DNA of 64,000 nt from Salisapilia sapeloensis CBS 127946 (taxonomy: Eukaryota; Protista; Oomycota): contig JAADVB010000010.1 in NCBI GenBank assembly GCA_023334545.1, positions 62,001-126,000 on the forward strand, in the 5' to 3' direction. Position numbers and translations under genes: made by a program. Shown piece by piece: positions 52,464-63,650 of the stretch. Every line of letters begins with the position of its first letter. Within the stretch, counting starts at the first letter, position 1. Below the pieces are notes generated by a model. It saw only the letters and a list, made by a program, of their open reading frames with translations, made no database searches and was not told the DNA's origin.

Positions 52464-53926
52464 ATGAGGACTGAAGGTGAAACTCAGCAGGTAGGAAACG
52501 AGTTCGCACCCTTTTGTGCTCCATTCACAAAGTCGAATGAAATAGCTAATCGCTCTTACTTCCTATCAGACTTGTATACCTCCAGATGATAGTGTGCAGC
52601 CCGAAGATATAAATATTGATCCGCCTGCAGTATGGTCATTCTGGTATTCTCATTATGCTGCGCGTATCTCAATACCTCTTTGTAGACCAGAAAGCATCAA
52701 GGACGGTCCAAATTGCAAAACGTAAACACACTAGCTGCCGCGAGACGTGCATCTCTACATATTAAATCGAAAATAACGTTATAGACTCGAGATAGCGTTC
52801 CTGGTCTGGCATCGCGAATGATAGAACAAGGATATAAAGCTAAAGAACCAGCTCCACCACATCGTTGCAATGGGAAGTCCAACCTGATTGCTCTGTTGCT
52901 AATTCTGTCCTATCTGCTTGTCGGTGTTTTCTTCTTTCACTGGATTGAGGATTGGAGCATCGTGGATAGCATCTACTTTGCAACGACTATCGTTACCACA
53001 GTCGGTTATGGAGATGTCACACCTACAACTGAGACGGGAAGAGCATTTACTATTGTCTATGCTTTCTACGGCATTGTCACAGTTGGTATTGCGCTAGGCA
53101 GAGTAGCGGACTGGTTTGTCAAGCGGCAACAAGAAATTGCGAAGAATGCAAGAAAGAAACTTTTAAATCGTGTTGATAGTGCTGCAGCAAGCACTGGGAT
53201 TGGAAAATCGATTCGAGTAAAAATGCCAAAGGCTTTAGGTAGAAAACGATCTAGGTTGATGAAAATGAAGAAGTCGTCGGGGTTGTATCGCATAATGCAC
53301 TCGACAACCATCCGAGCCATCGTCAGTGGACTCATTCCTCTGCTACTTTCGATAATCGCAGGTATGGCGTTAGGAGCTGTCGAAGGCTGGTCATTTCTAG
53401 ACTGCATGTACTACACTATCATTACCATCACAACTGTGGGTTTTGGAGACGTGTCTCCAACATCTTTGCAAGGACGCATTTGTGCTATATTCTACCTTCC
53501 CTTCTCCGTCATCGCTGTGGCGCATAGCATTGGCTCTGTCATCGAAGAACTGAGCAAACGATCCGCCTTCCGAATGGTACGTCTCGTTTCCACAAGGCGT
53601 TCTCTCATATCTAATCCTGTACAATATAGAAGATAAGCATGAAAGAGCTGCTTGCTATGGACGTAGACGGTGATGGCAAAGTGTCCAAAATGGAATACCT
53701 CTGCTATATGTTGATCAAACTCGACAAAATCGAACGAGAAGACGTCGACATGATCATGAACCAATTCGATCATTTGGATAAAGACAAGAGTGGAGAGCTT
53801 GATCATGCCGATCTCGTACGCATCGATGACGAGCTACAACAAGCACAACACGAGGATGATGATGATGACGAAGATGAACCAATTTCTACCGCTGAAGTCG
53901 CACCATCTAGCGATAGAACCAACTAA
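52464..53926 (+). CDS. Two-pore-domain K+ channel with C-terminal EF-hands (TPK/KCO-like)
   Basis: Filters TTVGYGD and TTVGFGD; EF-hands DVDGDGKVSKME and DKDKSGELDHAD; intron 53577-53629. Three upstream phase-0 mini-exons (52464-52490, 52570-52629, 52686-52721) splice in frame to 52785; otherwise the start is at 52818. Confidence 0.88.
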
Positions 53927-53953
53927 AAATTATATTCGTACAAAAACTTGCAT

Positions 53954-54751
53954 CTACTTTCGAGACGGCTTTTTCAGTGGTCTGCTGCATCCTTCACACT
54001 TAAGCGTATCCAAACCCCGCTTTTCACGACGTTCGAGACACTTGGGATGAACGAAACTTCTGTCTTCGCAATCGCTATTGCGACAGTACATACCTTGGAC
54101 TAACTCGTACTTGCAAATGGCACATTTCAGCAGATTTAGCGTTCGCAAGAACGAACTCAGCTCTAAAAACGTGCGAGGACCGACGGTCAGGAAAGAGGAG
54201 GATGTGAATAGAGCACGTGAGAGCCACTGATCGTCCACGAGACGAGCTACAAGGGTCTTGATGTCACTAATAGAAGCCGAGTCACGCAAGTTAAACAAGT
54301 CTGCTTCTTCTGCCACGCCGTCATCACTATTTTCTATGTCAATAAAACGGTGAAGGATAGGACATTATATAATGTACCTTTCAATCATCTCCTGAATGGC
54401 TTTCCGGAGAAAGACAATTTCCCACGGTTTATAGGCACTGCTAAATTTTGTAATATCATCGTTGCTCTACAAGTACTGCCATCAGCGTATGCATAGAATC
54501 CTATTAGGTTGCTCTCGTACCGTATTCACGATACCAAAGTAGAGCATCCCATCGTCATACACTGCTCGACGGACGTCCATGCTAAACGGACGAACCTCTT
54601 CGGAAATCCGCTTGAGCATTTGGTCCACGTCGTCCATAGCAACTTCTTCGCCTACCATCCTCGCAGCAAGTTGATGCACCTTGCGTTCCTGCATGGCTCC
54701 AGCACCCATCAGTCGCTGCAGCAGCATCTGCTCACTCGATGACAAGCCCAT
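53954..54751 (-). CDS. NSE1: Non-SMC element 1 (SMC5/6 complex RING subunit)
   Basis: Three exons. QMLLQRLM at the N-terminus; LVDDQWL, TVGPRTFLEL, RING-like CAICK..C..SDC..VHPKC..C..C. Confidence 0.85.
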
Positions 54752-55017
54752 TGTCTACTTCTTGTCCAAGTCCATCATCCGTGTCCAGAGGTCGCTCGAA
54801 GGTCGTGCAAAAGTAGCTATTGAACTTGGACACGAAACGGCTCACTTCATCATCTCCCTCCTACTGCCTTAACCCAGCCGAACGTACTTGCGTCTTCCTA
54901 TTTCGCAAAAGAATTCATTGCATTCTCCACCGACAAGATCTCTAGACGAGACGCCGTGTGTCTAGAATTAAAAAGAAATCATCTTAAATACATATCGCAC
55001 ATCCTGTCAGCACGTAC

Positions 55018-56037
55018 ATGACGGACATGAACGGTCTACTTAGTGGCGTTAAACACATGGACTTGAATTCTCCCTCTCGCCGTCGAGCTCGACGCCATCG
55101 AGACAGGCGCAGTCAGAACAGCACTTCGTCGGTGGACACGCCAGGGAACAACAGCATGCTCGACAACAACGGGAATACGCCGGACAACGTGAACAACCCG
55201 ATCACAGTGTCTGCGTACGGGAGTGCCACTCTCGAAGGCATGCAAGGCCATGCGAACGAAGACCGACTGGTCATCCACTCGACAGACGACTTCCACTTGT
55301 TCGCGGCCCTCGATGGTCACGGTGGCAGTGGTGCCGCCAACTACCTCCAGGAGAAGATCTCCACTGCTGTCATGACTTCCCAAAGTAAAGGAGACATTGA
55401 TTCCAGCGCACTCGCCAAGGCGCTCGTTGAACTCGACCGTGTCTTCTGTCGGAACAGCGTCCGCAACGGCTTTAATGACACCAGTGGTGTCTGCATCGCC
55501 GGTATCATCCTCTACATGGATTCGGACCGTCAGCCTCAAATCCTCGCTTTCAACGTCGGCGACTGCCGTGTCGTCGTGCATACGAGTAAGCCAGCTAAGA
55601 ACTCGAAGAGAATGTCGCTAGCCGCTGGTACGACTGCTCTGACGGTGGACCACTGTGCGTCTAACTCGAAAGAAAAGGAGAGACTCGAAAGGGCTGGTGG
55701 GTACATTGAAGACGATCGTGTTGCCGGTGTCATGGAACCTTTTCGCTCGATTGGCGACGTTGACATGAAAGAAGACAGTATGCAAGGGTGGGTGATTCCG
55801 AACCCAGAGTTTAAGGAGGTGGAGCTGGACATGAGCAAACAAAATGTCTTTGTGATCGCAACGGACGGCGTCTGGGGCGTGCTGGAGAACAATGAAGCCA
55901 TGCAAGTGGCTTTGAGGAAAGTGGAGGAAGGCAACTACACTGGTGACTGTGCTCACAATGCTGCACAAGCAGTTGTGAATGCTGCCAGTGAGAATGGAAG
56001 CATTGATGACATATCGGCGGTTGTTGTTGTGCTCTAG
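55018..56037 (+). CDS. Protein phosphatase 2C (PPM family)
   Basis: NEDR, LDGHGG, NVGDCR, RSIGD, ATDGVWG, SIDDIS motifs; intronless. Confidence 0.95.
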   Translation: MTDMNGLLSGVKHMDLNSPSRRRARRHRDRRSQNSTSSVDTPGNNSMLDNNGNTPDNVNNPITVSAYGSATLEGMQGHANEDRLVIHSTDDFHLFAALDGHGGSGAANYLQEKISTAVMTSQSKGDIDSSALAKALVELDRVFCRNSVRNGFNDTSGVCIAGIILYMDSDRQPQILAFNVGDCRVVVHTSKPAKNSKRMSLAAGTTALTVDHCASNSKEKERLERAGGYIEDDRVAGVMEPFRSIGDVDMKEDSMQGWVIPNPEFKEVELDMSKQNVFVIATDGVWGVLENNEAMQVALRKVEEGNYTGDCAHNAAQAVVNAASENGSIDDISAVVVVL

Positions 56038-56228
56038 TGCTGGATCCGACCACATTACTCCTTTAGCATGAACTTTGGGCAATCTCGACGCACGAACGAT
56101 GACGAGTGTATACACATCAAACGTCAATCGCTCGCTCGATAACTTTAATGTGAATTTAGCTTTTCATTGATAATCTATTTTTGTCTTATATGTTGGCTAC
56201 AGATAAGCGCGTTAGGATAGTTGCTCAA

Positions 56229-57819
56229 ATGAAGAGGCGAAGACGTTCCGCGTACGTCCGTCGGTCTTCGCGAAACGGAGCTCCGACTGCAGTCGTGAAA
56301 TCCCTCAGCCACCGACTTCTTCCATTGGCAATTGCGCCAGTGACTGTTAACCTGGACATGGAAATTACTGATTCTCTGCTTCAGAAACCGTATAAAAGCT
56401 TGCCCTCCATTTTAATCAACCACCGGGTATCGCAGCTAGCTTTATATCTCTTGACCTTCTGTTAACAAAGTATCGTAGATGCAACCATCAAATGCTTCTC
56501 ATACCCGATCAGACGTCGTCCTACCGACAACTACTACCCTTCTCGATGAGCAGCATGATGATTATTCTGTTAAGGATACAGCATTAAAGCACTGTTCAAG
56601 TGCAAGCTCCTTGTCAAGCAGTCCGACCAAAATTCTCTTAGCCCCAAATGGAGCTGCCACGGTTGCAATCTCACATCGACATCATCTGTACGAAATTCTT
56701 CAGCGATTAGCAACACTCGTGGACATCCAAGATGATGATCTTGTTATCTTAAAGAAGTCGATTGATGCCGAAGTAGGAGATGTTATTCAAGCTCTCTTGG
56801 CACTCGAATCTGTTTCTTCGCCCCAAGTCATCATATCGGAACTGCAGGTTCTACTACGAACAGGTTCACCAGCGAAACACGTTCGAGTGGAACAGAAAAC
56901 ACCACTTCCGAGCCTTTTACCAGCATTGCGAGGTTCTTTTGATCCTGAATCCGTTCCGTATCCACTGCAAAAGCTCGCAAGGAACCTCCAGCCATTATTT
57001 CAAGCTATTCACAATGCATCCAGTGCTCACGACGCGCCAACGCTCTCAAATCGAGCGGAAGTGATTGTGCTCGTGTCAACTGGAGCCTACAACCCCGTCC
57101 ATCTTCTGCACCTTCGAGCTTTTTACGTTGCAAGGCAATACATTGAGAGCAATAATAGTCGCATACCTGTCGTAGGTGCCTTCATCTCCCCATCTCATGA
57201 CACAATGGTGCGTGTAAAGACGAAGAACATAGCAAAGGAAATGATCCCAGGGCGACATCGACTCGCACTAGTAGAGGAAGCAGTTCGGAACTCGTCGTGG
57301 ATCGAAGCAGACAAGTGGGAAATTACAAGACGCCGGGTGCAAGATTACCTTAGTCTACTTGCTCACGTTCGAGATATGTGCGAAGGCCACTTTTCTCCGA
57401 TTAAATTCCGCCTCATATACGTATGTGGATGTAACACCGTTGTAAAGCTTAGTTTGAGTGCCATGAAAGAAGAGGGGTTTGGATGCATCACTGTGTGTCG
57501 ACCAACGCAAACGAACCAAGTGATGAGGCACCTAGGGAAGAACGGATCGAAGTATGTTACGGTCGTCGAAGACACTGGTGTATTGCCACAGGAATTGGAG
57601 CAAACGACGTCCAACCGTGTTCGTAAAGAGTTGAAGCAATTGTCAAGTAAAGGGAATGAAATGAATCCAAAGTTAGAGAAGATGCTAGGTCGACCTGCGT
57701 GCCAGTATTTAGTACGACACGAGATAGGGAAGAAGATAAGTGGCAAAGAGACGTGGAGTGAAAAGGATAGACAATGGAGAGTCGAAGATTTGTCTCATGT
57801 GGAGTATGCGGAGAATTGA
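56229..57819 (+). CDS. Divergent NMN/NaMN adenylyltransferase-like nucleotidyltransferase with long N-terminal extension
   Basis: TGAYNPVHLLH (HxxH), FISPSHD, WIEADKWE, TVCRP. An upstream phase-0 exon 56229-56426 (MKRRRR..) is joined by a 52-nt intron to 56479, where the ATG directly follows a TAG acceptor. Confidence 0.72.
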
Positions 57820-59047
57820 GTATAAAAGATGGGATCAGCTCAAGTGTAGATTTACCGACATATGCACGTGGATGTTCACTGGCTTACTACGGATAAAGTT
57901 TTGTTTGCATCCCATCCCAGCGTCGACTAAGCCTAGCAATGGACATGGAACAGAGACTGTCTGTGCAACCAATAGGATGCAACCGAAAGATCTGTTGGGT
58001 AAGAGCTCAGAAACGCATTTAACCTTCTGCAATTGAGTATCGTCAGCAAAGAGCGGTGTCAACTCCAGAATAGGGTCGACACAGAAAGTATCAAGACGAG
58101 GATAGGTGGACTCGACTGCACTCACGAATGGAGTGAGGAGTCTATCCGTGAAACGACACCGTCCAAGCTTTATACTCTTGCTCATTCTCAAAGCGGCCTT
58201 ATATCGTTACATCATAGCAGCAACAAAATCTAGATTGCAAGGATTGCAGGACGTTATGCACTATCAGGTACACGACGTGACTCCATCGCTTCTGCTCTTC
58301 TATCCGTTTTCAACGACTTTAGCGTAAGAAGCGAAGACCTCTCGTAAATACATCTCATCCTCGAATGTGGCATTCATGAATGCTATATCCTCCGATATGG
58401 CTAAGTTGTCAGCATGATAAAGAAGAAGAGTCGAATAGAAATAGCAAACGAGAGTCGAACACTCGACGTATCCCAACAATGTGCACCGAGCGAACGCAAT
58501 GGTTCGCCCAGCTCTTCCCACGTCCACGCAGGAAAATCGACTTTGTGTCAATTTTGTGTTTTACATACAATGCCATAGGCTGAACTTCTTGTGCTCTACC
58601 TTGGCTCGATGCACTCTCCACTTCGATCGAATATGTCTGCCTCGGTCATACTTGCAAGTATTTCCGGTAGACAGGTACAGATTTGAGCTGGAGCATGCTG
58701 CCAATCTGGTGGGAAGTGATCGCTTTCGATGCAGACTAACATGAGAAGAGAGACGAGTCTAGCCAAGTTTCCTACTAGATCCAGACGACTATTATGGTTT
58801 AATGTAAACATGGACATGCCAAAAGACTAGAGCCCATTGTTCATTGCCGAAAGCTAGGGTTCGATCATGCAGTAGCGTTTAGTGTTACTATAATTTTTCT
58901 AGCCTCTACAAACTACGATAGAAGAGAGACAGAGATAAAAGCAAAGAATAAATCCGAACTGGAATAGCCCAAGTTACAATGTATTATGTAAGAGTCTCAA
59001 TGTACGAAAGATGTCTATCTTATCCGTTTGGACGTCAATGGATGAAC

Positions 59048-59560
59048 TCAATAGGTGATGCTTATCCAGTTGCTCAGCATCATGTAATCCTGCACAAGTT
59101 CGTGTAGCACCAGATCAAAGTGGGGCACGTACATGGCCAGCAAGATTGTTGTTGTTAACGTCGTCATTCCCGAGACGTAGTGCCAGTATTCATGCCACTG
59201 GTCGTATCTGTCGCCTCCCGGCAGTCCACAGTAGACCCAAGTGAAGATGCAAAGAACACCTTGTACTGCTTTCACAGCTAATAGACCGTACCACTCCATT
59301 TGATACGCATGGTAGGCCATGAAGACAAAGACGACAGCTAGGGAAGAAGAGATAATAGCATCGACGAGCAAGTATCGAGTCTCTTTGCTCCTGTGGAAGA
59401 GCGTTGAGGCGCAGGCCGCACCGATTTGGAACAGTGCACAGACATATTGCGCACAGGCGAGAGAGACGCCTGCAGCTATGACGTAGACGAGGTTGGAAAA
59501 GAGGAGTGCATCTCCCCAATCACGCCGATTCGTCTCGAGCTTGGTCGGTGGTCGACACAT
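59048..59560 (-). CDS. Small CREST-superfamily membrane protein (ceramidase/PAQR/TMEM8-like motifs)
   Basis: 170 aa, about five TM segments, with FSNL, ASTLFH (SxxxH), LVD and HEYWH (HxxxH). Confidence 0.65.
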   Translation of the reverse strand: MCRPPTKLETNRRDWGDALLFSNLVYVIAAGVSLACAQYVCALFQIGAACASTLFHRSKETRYLLVDAIISSSLAVVFVFMAYHAYQMEWYGLLAVKAVQGVLCIFTWVYCGLPGGDRYDQWHEYWHYVSGMTTLTTTILLAMYVPHFDLVLHELVQDYMMLSNWISITY

Positions 59561-59967
59561 CTTTTCAAATTGTGTAAAACTGAGGAGTCTCTGGTGACTG
59601 GAAAAAAGTATGAGACACGACTAGATCAGACGGTGGTCAAAATATCAATTCGGCGGTACTGGCTCGTTTCTTATCCCGTTTTACAAGCAAGTCATACTGT
59701 CACTAGCCAAGCGTCATCCTATTTTCATCTACATGTCTAGCATGTGACATCCGCTCCTTCGCACAAACAACATTTCCTAGCATAAAGAACCTCTTGAAAG
59801 TCGTAAACCTAGGTTCAGAATAAACTTACCTACATTCATCAAGTTGAGGCACCTTTCTAAATTAATTTGTATCCAAGATCATTATCGTTGAAACATTTCA
59901 ACCAATCCCGAATCACATTCGAGCCGCCTTCCACCACAAATCCCAGCACGAGTGTATCCAAGCTACG

Positions 59968-62226
59968 ATGAGCAGTTCATCTCCACTACCGAGCTTTTCC
60001 TCGCTGGCAGTGTCGCCTCCACCGGCACCCACCTCTCTATCTGCTACTGAAAAGGTCTCGGCCTTGGCCGAGATCACGAACACGACCTTGTCCGACGAGC
60101 AAAAAGCGCAATTACAAAAAATCTTTGATGAGAATGAGACGCCTATCGCGTACGATGGCGTCGAGCCTTCTGGCCGCCTCACGCTCGCGAACACGTTGCT
60201 GCGTGTCGCCAACCTCCGTCGTCTGAAGCAGTCTGGTGTCCACACTCGTCTCCTCGTTGCTGACTTCCACGCAATGTTAAACAACAAGTTCGGTGGCGAC
60301 ATGAAGAAGATCAACAACGTCAGCAACTACACGCTGCAGGTATGGAGCGCTGTCTTCAGCCACTTCAACGTCGAGAACGTCGAGATCCTGCTCGCTTCAG
60401 AAGCCATTGGAAACCATCCGCACGAGTACTGGTCGCGTGTATTGGATATTGCTGGCACCTTCTCCGTCGACCGCATCCAGCAGTGTGCTCCGATCATGGG
60501 CCGTGCCATTGATGATCCGGAAGGCAAGACCAATCGTATTCTCTACCCGCTCATGCAGGCAGCAGACAGCTTCCTCATGAAAGCCCACATTCATCAAATG
60601 GGTGCGGACCAGTCTCCAATGACCAAGCTTGTCGACGAGTACATTGCATCCAAGCCGGACTTGGCGTCCACTGTCTCCACCCCAGTGGAAGTGGCTCACC
60701 CGCTCGTGCTTGGATTGAAGCAGGAGCAGTCGAAAATGAGCACGACCGACCCCGAGTCGGCCGTCTACATTGACGACTCGAGTGCTGAGATCAACTCGAA
60801 GATCAAGAAGGCGTACTGTGTGCCTGGTGAAGTGGATGGCAACCCTGTCCTGCAGTACATGCAGCTCCTTGTCTTCCCCTTCTACGAGAACGGCATCACC
60901 GTCTCTCGTAACGAAAAGAACGGAGGCGACTTGACCTTCAAGACCTACTCGGAGCTCGAGACTGCCTATGCTGAAGAAAAGGTGCACCCGGCGGATCTCA
61001 AGCCTTGCTTGAGCAAGTACTTGAACGAACTGGTGGAGCCCATTCGCCAGCTCCTCAACGCTGGTGAGTTGAAAAAGCTCGTGACGAACGTCAAGAAGAT
61101 CAAGACGTCTCCTCTTCCGGACGGTGACAAGCTTGCCAATCTGTCCTTTAAGCCCCTTCCGAACCCTGAGCCAGAACGTACCTTCCGTCCGTCTGCACTC
61201 GAAACTCTGGATGAACGCTACAAGATCAGTCGTAGTGTCGGAGAAGAGTGTATTCAAGACCAAGAGCTACATGGATGTTTGGAAAAGAAGACTCATCCGA
61301 TCGTCTACGACGGCTTCGAACCGTCCGGTCGTATGCACATTGCCCAAGGCGTCCTCCGCACCATCAACGTGAACAAACTGACGTCTGCTGGAGCAATCTT
61401 CCGCTTCTGGGTCGCCGACTGGTTCGCGATGCTCAACAGCAAGATGGGCGGAGACCTAGGCAAGATCCAGACTGTCGGCAAGTATCTCGTGGAGATCTGG
61501 AAGTCGGCTGGGATGGACATGACCAACGTCCAGTTCCTATGGGCGTCAGAAGAGATTCTCAAGCACGCCAACGACTACTGGATGCGTGTCATGGACATTG
61601 CTCGTCGCGTCACGATCGCCCGGACGACCAAGTGCTGTACTATCATGGGTCGAAAGGAGAAGAGCGATATGCCGGCGGCGCAGATCGTGTACCCTCTGAT
61701 GCAGTGCACAGACGTCTTCTTCCTCCAGGCAGACGTTTGCCAGCTCGGGATCGACCAGCGGAAGATCAATATGCTCGCGAGAGACTACTGTGACCTAGCG
61801 AAGATCAAGTTCAAGCCAGTCGTCTTGAGCCACCACATGCTCATGGGACTCAAGGAAGGACAGGAGAAAATGTCCAAGAGCGACCCAGAGTCGGCGATCT
61901 TCATGGAAGACTCGGCAGAAGACGTTACACGCAAGATCGCCAACGCGTTCTGTCCGGAGAAGACTGTTGAGAAGAATCCAATCCTGGACTACCTCAACTA
62001 TCTCATTTTCAACCGCTTCGGCAGTGTCCAAGTCGCTGGTAAGACGTACGACAGCTACGAAACGTTTGAGAAGGAGTACGCGGACGGCCAAGTGAGCAGC
62101 GCACAAGCCAAAGAAGCACTGACGCTCAGCCTGAACCGTATTCTCGACCCTGTTCGTGAACACTTTTCGCAGGGGGAAGCCAAGGAGCTGTTGGAGCAAG
62201 TTCGTGCTTTCCGAATCACTCGCTAA
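59968..62226 (+). CDS. TyrRS: Double-length (pseudo-dimeric) cytosolic tyrosyl-tRNA synthetase
   Basis: Two tandem archaeal/eukaryal TyrRS units: YDGxEPSG, ADxxA, YPLMQxxD, GxDQ and KMS each occur twice; intronless. Confidence 0.95.
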   Translation: MSSSSPLPSFSSLAVSPPPAPTSLSATEKVSALAEITNTTLSDEQKAQLQKIFDENETPIAYDGVEPSGRLTLANTLLRVANLRRLKQSGVHTRLLVADFHAMLNNKFGGDMKKINNVSNYTLQVWSAVFSHFNVENVEILLASEAIGNHPHEYWSRVLDIAGTFSVDRIQQCAPIMGRAIDDPEGKTNRILYPLMQAADSFLMKAHIHQMGADQSPMTKLVDEYIASKPDLASTVSTPVEVAHPLVLGLKQEQSKMSTTDPESAVYIDDSSAEINSKIKKAYCVPGEVDGNPVLQYMQLLVFPFYENGITVSRNEKNGGDLTFKTYSELETAYAEEKVHPADLKPCLSKYLNELVEPIRQLLNAGELKKLVTNVKKIKTSPLPDGDKLANLSFKPLPNPEPERTFRPSALETLDERYKISRSVGEECIQDQELHGCLEKKTHPIVYDGFEPSGRMHIAQGVLRTINVNKLTSAGAIFRFWVADWFAMLNSKMGGDLGKIQTVGKYLVEIWKSAGMDMTNVQFLWASEEILKHANDYWMRVMDIARRVTIARTTKCCTIMGRKEKSDMPAAQIVYPLMQCTDVFFLQADVCQLGIDQRKINMLARDYCDLAKIKFKPVVLSHHMLMGLKEGQEKMSKSDPESAIFMEDSAEDVTRKIANAFCPEKTVEKNPILDYLNYLIFNRFGSVQVAGKTYDSYETFEKEYADGQVSSAQAKEALTLSLNRILDPVREHFSQGEAKELLEQVRAFRITR

Positions 62227-62250
62227 CAAGGAACATGAACCCTGTCTTTT

Positions 62251-63542
62251 TCATTTCGTTTTCATCTTTTTCAACGGATATAGAGCTCCTTGAGGCGCAC
62301 CGCAACTAGCATGCACTTCATCCCATCCGTTCATCCAACACACAAAAGGCTGAGGGACTTTCGACGCATCCATGCCGTCCAGCAACGGACGCAGCTTGAG
62401 ACATTCGACGCATTGCACGGCCTGTCGACGCGGCTTGACGTCGTCGTCAAGTGTCTCCACTGGTCGTTTATGAGCGGCAACGGCTTTCTCCATGCGCTGC
62501 ATACGAGCTGAGAAGCTGGCAGCGTACTGTCGCTCACGGTAATCGACGAGGTCCGACCCAGACAGCAGCACCAGCGGTTTTTCTTCCACTGCAGAGCATT
62601 TCTACAGTTTTCATTGTCAGTGTCTTGCTATGTGGATAGAGAAGAGGTACGAGTACATTGTGCTTCTTGTCCCACCGGTTCATCTTGCAGTACCAGACAG
62701 TCGGTAGCGACTCTACATTGACATGATCTACACCATTCACTCATCAGTCAACATGCTTCATGACATAGTGCTACGATTTCTATACTCGGAAGTCGTCTCC
62801 ATTTCTGACACTTGTCACATTGGATCCAGTCGTCTTGCTTGCCGATTTTAGGCGCACTGCTTTCAATCTCTTTCCGATGGAACGCTGTCGTACGCGTCTC
62901 CACCGTCATGGCCGGCACGTCGTCCTCCTCCTCTCTCTCTACACTCGGCATCCCACTGTCTTCCTGTTCTGATTCGTTCGTAGACTCTATCTCGTCTCTA
63001 CTTTCATACGAAGTGTCTTCACTCTCTCGTGTCTGTTCGTCATCACTGATGATCTCGACCTTTAAATCGTAATGCTTGATGATCTCCTTCTCGTCATTCA
63101 TAGGCGCAATCGTCGGAAACAGACCATTCAAGTAGCTGACTCTGTCGTCTATGATGCTCCGAACTTCTGCATCGCTCTGGTCGTTCCGAAGTGGCCTCGA
63201 TTCTGTCTTTAGTGGTATAAACTCATCCTTCACACGAGACTTTCGACCGTGTTTGGTGATATTCTGCTTTGGACTAGTCTTTTTAGCGACAGAAGTACGT
63301 TGGAACTCTTCAAAGATTGACTTGCGGAGCTTTAATAAAGCTGCCTTGCGATTTAGCTCGATGGTTCGTTCATCTTTTCCTCTGCGATATAAAATCTCAT
63401 GGTCTTTCGTGTGCTGGAGAACGCGATGTGCATCGACGGCGCTAGGCTTAAAGATCGTCACGTCGTCGAGTGCTAGATCTCGCCTCGACAATGGCTGAAT
63501 GATGTACACATCCACCGTTTCGCTCACAAAGTCGTCTGCCAT
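62251..63542 (-). CDS. Protein with two tandem CW-type zinc fingers
   Basis: Exons 63542-62786, 62727-62657, 62601-62251 give WIQCDKCQKWRRLP..WYCKMNRWD..NKC and VQCVECLKLRPL..FVCWMNGWD..SC. Confidence 0.8.
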
Positions 63543-63650
63543 ACCACCACGAGCTATTCCTAGTGTCTACAGTTGCAAATGTGCATAGGAGGGACATAAA
63601 TTTACAAATGTACAAACACAGCATTTTATCAGAAGCTCATCATCGACGAT

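Noticed and set aside
8877-63542. Possible chromatin gene cluster (DOT1, CHD, NSE1, zf-CW)
   Set aside because: The genes are scattered among unrelated housekeeping genes; four in about 30 genes is unremarkable and no shared element is evident.
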